Assembly: GCF_006345805.1 (NCBI RefSeq)
Contig: NC_042998.1
Span: 198,338,001 to 198,402,000, forward strand
DNA length: 64,000 nucleotides
Origin: Octopus sinensis
Lineage: Eukaryota
Reading direction: 5' to 3'
Within the stretch, counting starts at the first letter, position 1, and each line of letters begins with the position of its first letter. The position numbers and the translations under genes are program-made. The notes beneath the pieces are model-generated. The model made no database searches and had not been told where the DNA came from. It was given only the letters and a program-made list of their open reading frames with translations. Of the stretch, positions 58,869 through 64,000 are shown piece by piece.

Positions 58869-61775
58869 TACATACATATATATATAATCACGTGACTGAC
58901 CAGGCTATCAGATGTTGCTGCACATCGCTGATCACAATGCGCTTTGCATTGTTTTAGCCTTCAAATGACGCTACCACGCTGGCTAAGCGAGCGGACCAAC
59001 AGAAGTAAGAGTGAGAGAAGTTGTGGCGAAAGAGTACAGCAGGTATCGCCACCACCCCCTGCTGGAGCCTCGTGGAGTTTTAGGTGTTTTCACTCAATAA
59101 ACACTCACAATGCCCGGTCTGGAAATCGAAACCGCGATCCTACGACCGCGAGTCCGCTGCCTTAACCATATATATATATACATACATATATGAGAATTCG
59201 CCTGGCAGATAATCTTATTTGCTAAAGAAATTTGAAACCTAGGTATAACTGCAAAAAAAATACCAAGGTAAAAGTTTTTATTTTTCATTTACTTCAAAAA
59301 TTGCTATTAAATTGTGGTTTTGGCCATCTTGGCTGCTTCTTCTAGCATGTAAAAATTACCTGTAAAAGGGTAGTTTTCTCTTGTGTTTAGATGTACACTA
59401 TTTTAACCCTTTAGTATTTAAACCGGCCAAAATATTTAATCTGTTTTATGATCAAACTGACCAGATCCAGGCTCTCACACCTACCCTACAATGTTATTCT
59501 ACATTAAGTAATTACACCATCAAGATCTTGAAGATATGAGATAATGCATGATTAATTTAAATCAATGGGAATCAATAAGCATTATGTTTGATAGAATAAT
59601 CAGAACACTAAAGGGTTAAAATAAGATTATGCTGTCTATTGACTATTTATACATGCTAGGCCACTGGTAGTGATATTTCTAACGAATATTCGCTACCCTA
59701 TATATGTATCATTTATATATATATATATATACATACACACTCACACACTTTAATAAGTTAGATAAGAACAGAGGACAAAATTGAAGCAAGGCTGTTACTT
59801 ACATCTGATCCCATTATTTCTTGAGACCCTTTCCTTCCTCGTGACTCCAGGGATGTTTTCTGAGCACGCATCCATCGTCGATGAAGACTGTTGTAGCTGC
59901 TGGCAGTGCTGCTTCCAGGGGATGGAAATGAGGTGGTGAAACTGTCACTGGAAGTAACTGACAAACAAAGGAGACAGGATTAAAAAGGGAGTTCACTGAA
60001 ATTGAAACCTTAAACTTATGGTACATTTAGTAGAGGAGTACTCAGTGCATTGGATGATGGCTTAGTGACTTAAACAGATTTTGTTTCATTCATGCAGGAA
60101 TTTGATAAACTCCTTCCAATTCATAATAGTATGAGGGGTTAGAGAATAAATGTATGTATGTGAATGTATGTAGAGGGGGTTTATAAGTTTTACAGAAAAT
60201 TAATACAGGTGCCCGGTGGCACGTAAAAACCACCTACTACACTCACAGAGTGGTTGGTGTTAGGAAGGGCATCCAGCTGTAGAAACACTGCCAGATCAAG
60301 ATTGGAGCTTGGTGCAGCCATCTGGTTCGCCAGCCCTCAGTCAAAATTGTCCAACCCATGCTAGCATGGAAAACAGACGCTAAACAATGATGATGCATAG
60401 ACATGGCTGTGTGGTAAGAGGCTTGCTTCTCAACCATATGGTTCTTGGTTCAGTCTCCTTGCATTGCATCTTGAGTATGTGTCTTCTACTATAACTTTGG
60501 GCAAACCAAAACTTTGAGTGGATTTGGTAGATGGAAACTGAAAGAAGCCCATCATGTGTGTGTGTGTTTGTGTTTGCCCCCCATCACCACTTGACAACTG
60601 GTATTGGTATGTTTACGTCCCCATAACTTATCACTGGCAAAAGACACCAATAGAATAAGTACTAGGCCTAATAAAAAGTCTTGGGGTTGATTTGTTTGAC
60701 TTAAACTCTTCATAGCAGTGCCCCAGCATAGCTGCAGTCAAATGACTGAAACAAGTAAATGTAGAACAAAAAAATGGCACAGGTGCCAATAAGGCGACCA
60801 ACGTCGCCTTACTGGCACCTGTGCCGGTGGCATGCGTAAAAAGATTCGAGCGAGGTCATTGCCAGTATCGCCTGACTGGCCCCCGTGCCGTAGCACGTAA
60901 AAGGGTACCATTCGAGCATGATCGTTACCAACGTCGACTTCCTGGCACCTGTGCTGGTGGCATGTGTAAAAAGATTTGAGCGGTCATTGCCAGTACCGCC
61001 TTACTGGCCCCATGCCGGTGGCACGTAAAAAGCACCCACTACACTATCTGAGTGGTTGGCGTTAGGAAGGGCATCCAGCTGTAGAAACTCTGCCAAATCA
61101 AGATTGGAGTCTGGTACAGCCATCTGGTTCGCCAGCCCTCAGTCAAAATTGTCCAACCCATGCTAGCATGGAAAGCGGACGTTAAACGATGATGATGAAT
61201 CATAATAATAAAACAATATGGGGAAGTGTTCAGTGAGTAAACATTTGAAACTAATTGACTGATACCAGAGAAACTGTGGTGAGTATTCCATAATGATTGG
61301 TATCTTTGTTTACCCACCACCTTGGTGTCTGTTATCTACTAAAGTGGTGTTGTAGGGACACTGACGAAAGCAGTTCAATTCAGGGTTGTGGTATTCTTTC
61401 CTCCTTGGCATCTACAGCCTATATGGCTCTTTGTACTGATTACCAGGTAAATTAATTTCTACCTCTCTCGTTTATTCTAATCCATTGCAATCTTATTTGA
61501 ATTAGCATGAAAAATATTGTTTTTAAAATTTGAATAAATCATTCCTCTTTTAAGATATAAGGCAACAGAATGCCAAGTAGAAAAAAAAAGAAAAGAAATC
61601 TATCTGACAACTCAATGCTTCAATGTAAAAACACTTCCTTATTTGAAACAAAATTGTTTAAAATACTTTTGATATAATATGAAATCAGAAACAAAGTTCA
61701 ACTTACTTGAAGCCCTTCCGCTGTCTTCTTCGGCATCATAGTTTCTGAGAGGCATATCCATTGGCAGGCTATGGG
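39804..61775 (-). CDS. FNIP1: Folliculin-interacting protein (FNIP1/2 orthologue), 14 exons in window, 5' part missing
   Basis: Exons 61707-61775, 59803-59957, 58616-58698, 58355-58475, 56602-56774, 55155-55272, 54861-54913, 52841-53719, 48960-49073, 46644-46812, 44237-44298, 43397-43523, 40864-40979 and 39804-39870 total 2306 nt. All introns are GT-AG with matching phases. Hallmark motifs: [48 protein letters not shown]. Confidence 0.93.
40864..40979 (-). CDS. FNIP1: FNIP exon
   Basis: [30 protein letters not shown]. Confidence 0.93.
41220..41735 (-). mobile_element. CR1-like LINE 3' fragment
   Basis: [33 protein letters not shown] with an (AAT)n tail; a further partial copy at about 45010-45197 (+). 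Confidence 0.8.
43397..43523 (-). CDS. FNIP1: FNIP exon
   Basis: (W)[30 protein letters not shown]. Confidence 0.9.
43950..44143 (+). mobile_element. Helitron 3' end (5' boundary unresolved)
   Basis: ACAAACCCGAGCAATGCCGGGCGATCCTGCTAG|T, the same terminator as 31867. Confidence 0.6.
44237..44298 (-). CDS. FNIP1: FNIP exon
   Basis: [20 protein letters not shown](W). Confidence 0.93.
44430..44880 (+). mobile_element. RTE-like LINE 3' fragment (a different family from the 35640-38850 element)
   Basis: [51 protein letters not shown], then a GAA-repeat tail. Confidence 0.7.
45840..46560 (-). mobile_element. CR1-like LINE 3' fragment
   Basis: ORF 46013-46342 [24 protein letters not shown]; (AAT)n tail at 45843-45878. 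Confidence 0.82.
46644..46812 (-). CDS. FNIP1: FNIP exon
   Basis: [30 protein letters not shown]. Confidence 0.93.
47384..48248 (-). mobile_element. SINE family C carrying an 11-unit 62/63-bp GC-rich tandem array
   Basis: GTGC/GTACTTTTTAC motif starts at 47539, 47602, 47664, 47727, 47789, 47852, 47914, 47977, 48039, 48101, 48163 and 48225. Confidence 0.88.
48498..48834 (+). mobile_element. Non-autonomous Helitron (second family)
   Basis: A|TCTCTATATATATAAACGGC...GCCGGGTCATAGTGCTAG|T. Confidence 0.7.
48960..49073 (-). CDS. FNIP1: FNIP exon
   Basis: [20 protein letters not shown]; phase 2-2, which fits both neighbours. Confidence 0.85.
49545..49787 (-). mobile_element. RTE/BovB-like LINE 3' fragment
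   Basis: C-terminal C2H2-like [23 protein letters not shown], then ..TDGCRR. Confidence 0.7.
49788..50762. repeat. Tandem array of a piggyBac-like MITE (4 x 253 bp, first copy truncated)
   Basis: TTAA|CCCTTTCATTACCA...TGGTAACAAAAGGG|TTAA units separated by an identical 23-bp spacer; left TTAA at 50027, 50280 and 50533. Confidence 0.88.
52460..52756 (-). mobile_element. Non-autonomous Helitron (family of 31489-31867)
   Basis: Minus strand A|TCTTTATATATAAAA...GCAACGCCGGG..CTGCTAG|T. Confidence 0.8.
52841..53719 (-). CDS. FNIP1: FNIP large exon (879 nt)
   Basis: [30 protein letters not shown], then a Ser-rich linker including STFDEYF. Confidence 0.93.
53950..54600 (-). mobile_element. CR1-like LINE 3' fragment
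   Basis: Same family as 45840-46560, with an (AAT)n tail. Confidence 0.8.
54861..54913 (-). CDS. FNIP1: FNIP exon
   Basis: [18 protein letters not shown]. Confidence 0.95.
55155..55272 (-). CDS. FNIP1: FNIP exon
   Basis: [26 protein letters not shown]. Confidence 0.95.
55510..55827. mobile_element. Merlin-like MITE, copy 3 (shorter subfamily)
   Basis: Perfect 29-bp TIR GGATCTTTTCACTTTGACCGGCAGATTTT; perfect 9-bp TSD CACTGAAAC. Confidence 0.88.
56602..56774 (-). CDS. FNIP1: FNIP exon
   Basis: [33 protein letters not shown]. Confidence 0.93.
57355..57549. mobile_element. piggyBac-like MITE
   Basis: TTAA|CCCTTTTGAGA...TCTCAAAAGGG|TTAA. Confidence 0.7.
58355..58475 (-). CDS. FNIP1: FNIP exon
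   Basis: [24 protein letters not shown]. Confidence 0.93.
58616..58698 (-). CDS. FNIP1: FNIP exon
   Basis: [27 protein letters not shown]. Confidence 0.88.
59407..59615. mobile_element. piggyBac-like MITE
   Basis: TTAA|CCCTTTAGT...ACTAAAGGG|TTAA. Confidence 0.72.
59803..59957 (-). CDS. FNIP1: FNIP exon
   Basis: [31 protein letters not shown]. Confidence 0.92.
61707..61775 (-). CDS. FNIP1: FNIP exon
   Basis: [22 protein letters not shown]; phase 1-1. Confidence 0.88.
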
Positions 61776-63113
61776 CTGGAAAGAAATAACAGAGATTTTA
61801 TAATTCGACATCAGTTTATGCAAACAAGATAGAGACAGAGATAAAGAGAGAGTATCAAGAATATTCAATTTCTCTTTCTTATCACAAGTTCTATATATAA
61901 GAGGCTGCATCACACTCAACCTTCACCCTTTCTGCAGTGTCAGTCATATCTCTCTTTTTGACTCCTGTAACTTTGTTCCTACCATTATATCCACCTATCC
62001 ATCCTGGCTCTTCTGTGGTTGTTGCTTTCTTTCCTATACAACTCCTCAGTCATGTTAACTTGAACCTACATGCCCTTTGTTCACACGGAGCACCAGGCAA
62101 CATTTCTTGGTCTGGTGCCATGATAAGTATCCACTCAGCACACTCTGCAAATTGGTAAGCAATAAGTAATGACATCCAACCACAGAAATCAAATCAAAAA
62201 AGCAATGCACGACTCTCTTACTTCTCTATGAGGGAACGTGACCCCTAATAAGAGCTAACAGAGATCATGACAATCCATCTATCCCATGCCAGCATGGAAA
62301 GCAGACAGATGATGATAATGATGATGGTGGTAGTGGTGGTGGTGATGATGATGATGATGATGATTTTCTTGAAACAAATGGCATCAACTAACACAACGAA
62401 CTTAATATGAATGAAGGGTGAAATATTTATTTTGGTTGAAATCTTGTTCACTCTTCTCTTCAATAATTACTTTATCGTTAGAATTAAATTAGTTGCTGCT
62501 ACATTCATTAAAAAAATACTTTGTTAGCAATGTATTTATTTATTTATTTTCGCAACATAGCTAAGCTTAATTACAATATAACTGGAATGTCAAACCCAAC
62601 AACATTTGTAAATCTAATAAAGATTGGCTTTTTTTTTTTTAGCTATTTTTATCTCCATTTCTCCTGGATTCAAATATTTAGACCTTAATCCATTAAGAAA
62701 ATCCAAGTGCTTCATGAATTAATTTCAGTGACCTCATTTCACTAACTTTTAAACATTAATTACTGCCCCTTCTACACTACACAAAATTAAAATTTTTATT
62801 TACCCCCCCCCATCAAATTTACCTTGTTGCCTCCCTTTACATCATTCCTTACAGAAAAGTTTTGGAATTTTTAAATATTTTATAACCGTTTCACCTTTTA
62901 TTTACCCTCCCATAATCCATAACACTTTACTCTTCATGTATATTTCCCACTTCAACCCCATCTAACTTTACAAATTATAGAATGCAGTTAGTAGTATACT
63001 ATACTACTGTAAATTATTAGTAGCTTCGAAGCTCAAAGTAATAAGGTCGAGTAAAGGTGAAATAAAACAGGCATACCGTTATCACATCAGCAGCTTCGAA
63101 AGAGTTACTTACC

Positions 63114-63195
63114 TATATTTCCTTTGGAACTGCTGCACTTCAAAGAACTTAAATCTGCAGGTGGAAGACTGATGTAGGAGTCACTATCAACTTCA
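63114..63195 (-). CDS. Possible further FNIP exon (frame problem, see findings)
   Basis: Strong acceptor (TTTTATTGTTTCAG) and donor (ATAG|GTAAGT), but no single frame is both open and phase-compatible with the next exon. Confidence 0.4.
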
Positions 63196-64000
63196 CTGAA
63201 ACAATAAAACAAAAGAGATGTGAGTGTTGAACAAGTAGGCTGCAATAGTCATTAGCGTTGAGACATTTTCAACAGTAAATTCTTGCCACGTACAACGTAG
63301 GCTACTGAACTTGGTAGAGATGACAGTGATCCATGCACACTGTTTAAAAATACTTAGTGCTTTATTAGAGAAAGAAAGAGTGGCTTATAATTTTTTTTAA
63401 GATGTGACATTAAACCTGCTATAATAGACAAACCAGAAGATATATTTTCTGAAACAGTATATCATTGTCATCATTGTTTAAAGTCTGCTTTCCATGCTAG
63501 CATGGGTTGGACGGTTCGACTGGGGTCTGGGAAGCCAGGAGGCTGCACCAGGCTCTAGTCTGATCTGGCAGTGTTTCTACAGCTGGATGCCCTTCCTAAC
63601 GCCATCCACTCCGTGAATGTAGTGGGTGCTTCTTACGAGCCACCGGCACAGAGATATATGTGAATAATTTCTCATAGGCAGTTCTGTGTCCTGAATTTTT
63701 AGCCTCAATATAGTTATGTTCTGGATCTGAAGATTCTGAAATGCAATATTTAGAGCAAATAGCATGAATATTGCTTTGTAATATTCTAAGAAACTAAGAA
63801 ACTATGCTGATTTTGCAAATTGTTGTGGCCAGTGAAAGAATAACCTTTTATTTGACATTGTTGTTCTTGTGACCTGAATAAGAGCCACAAAAGAATTTGA
63901 TGTGAAATACATGAAGAAATTGAATAACTACAAAGAAGAAATCAGTTATTGTTCATATACTGTTCGACAAAGTAAATAATTGTGTTTGCCTCAAACCGAC

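Overview
AT-rich, microsatellite- and transposon-dense eukaryotic DNA. The SINE families look like those of Octopus or another coleoid cephalopod (inferred from recognition, not a database search). Two host genes can be reconstructed on the minus strand using GT-AG introns with consistent phases. (1) PLD6/Zucchini (mitoPLD, piRNA endonuclease) is complete: 2 exons, 230 aa, 20602-25179. (2) A folliculin-interacting protein (FNIP) gene has 14 phase-consistent exons (about 768 codons, 39804-61775); its 5' part runs toward or beyond the window end. The rest is mobile DNA. There is a very young 4,542-bp Ty3/Gypsy element (9929-14470) with identical 240-bp LTRs, an ATACC target duplication and a single gag-pol ORF broken by one TGA. 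There is also a near full-length RTE LINE (about 35640-38850), plus CR1/RTE/mariner/Helitron relics, non-autonomous Helitrons, Merlin-like and piggyBac-like MITEs, four SINE families and Penelope-like fragments with minimal hammerhead motifs. Notable structures are a SINE carrying a 62/63-bp VNTR with higher-order structure, a 253-bp MITE tandem array, a 1.68-kb tandem duplication and exon-like relics of an unidentified gene between FNIP and PLD6. I found no CRISPR array, rRNA or genuine tRNA gene, and no convincing wholly new coding system. The best leads are listed as findings. All alignments were done by eye, and repeat boundaries are approximate unless a TSD or TIR is quoted.
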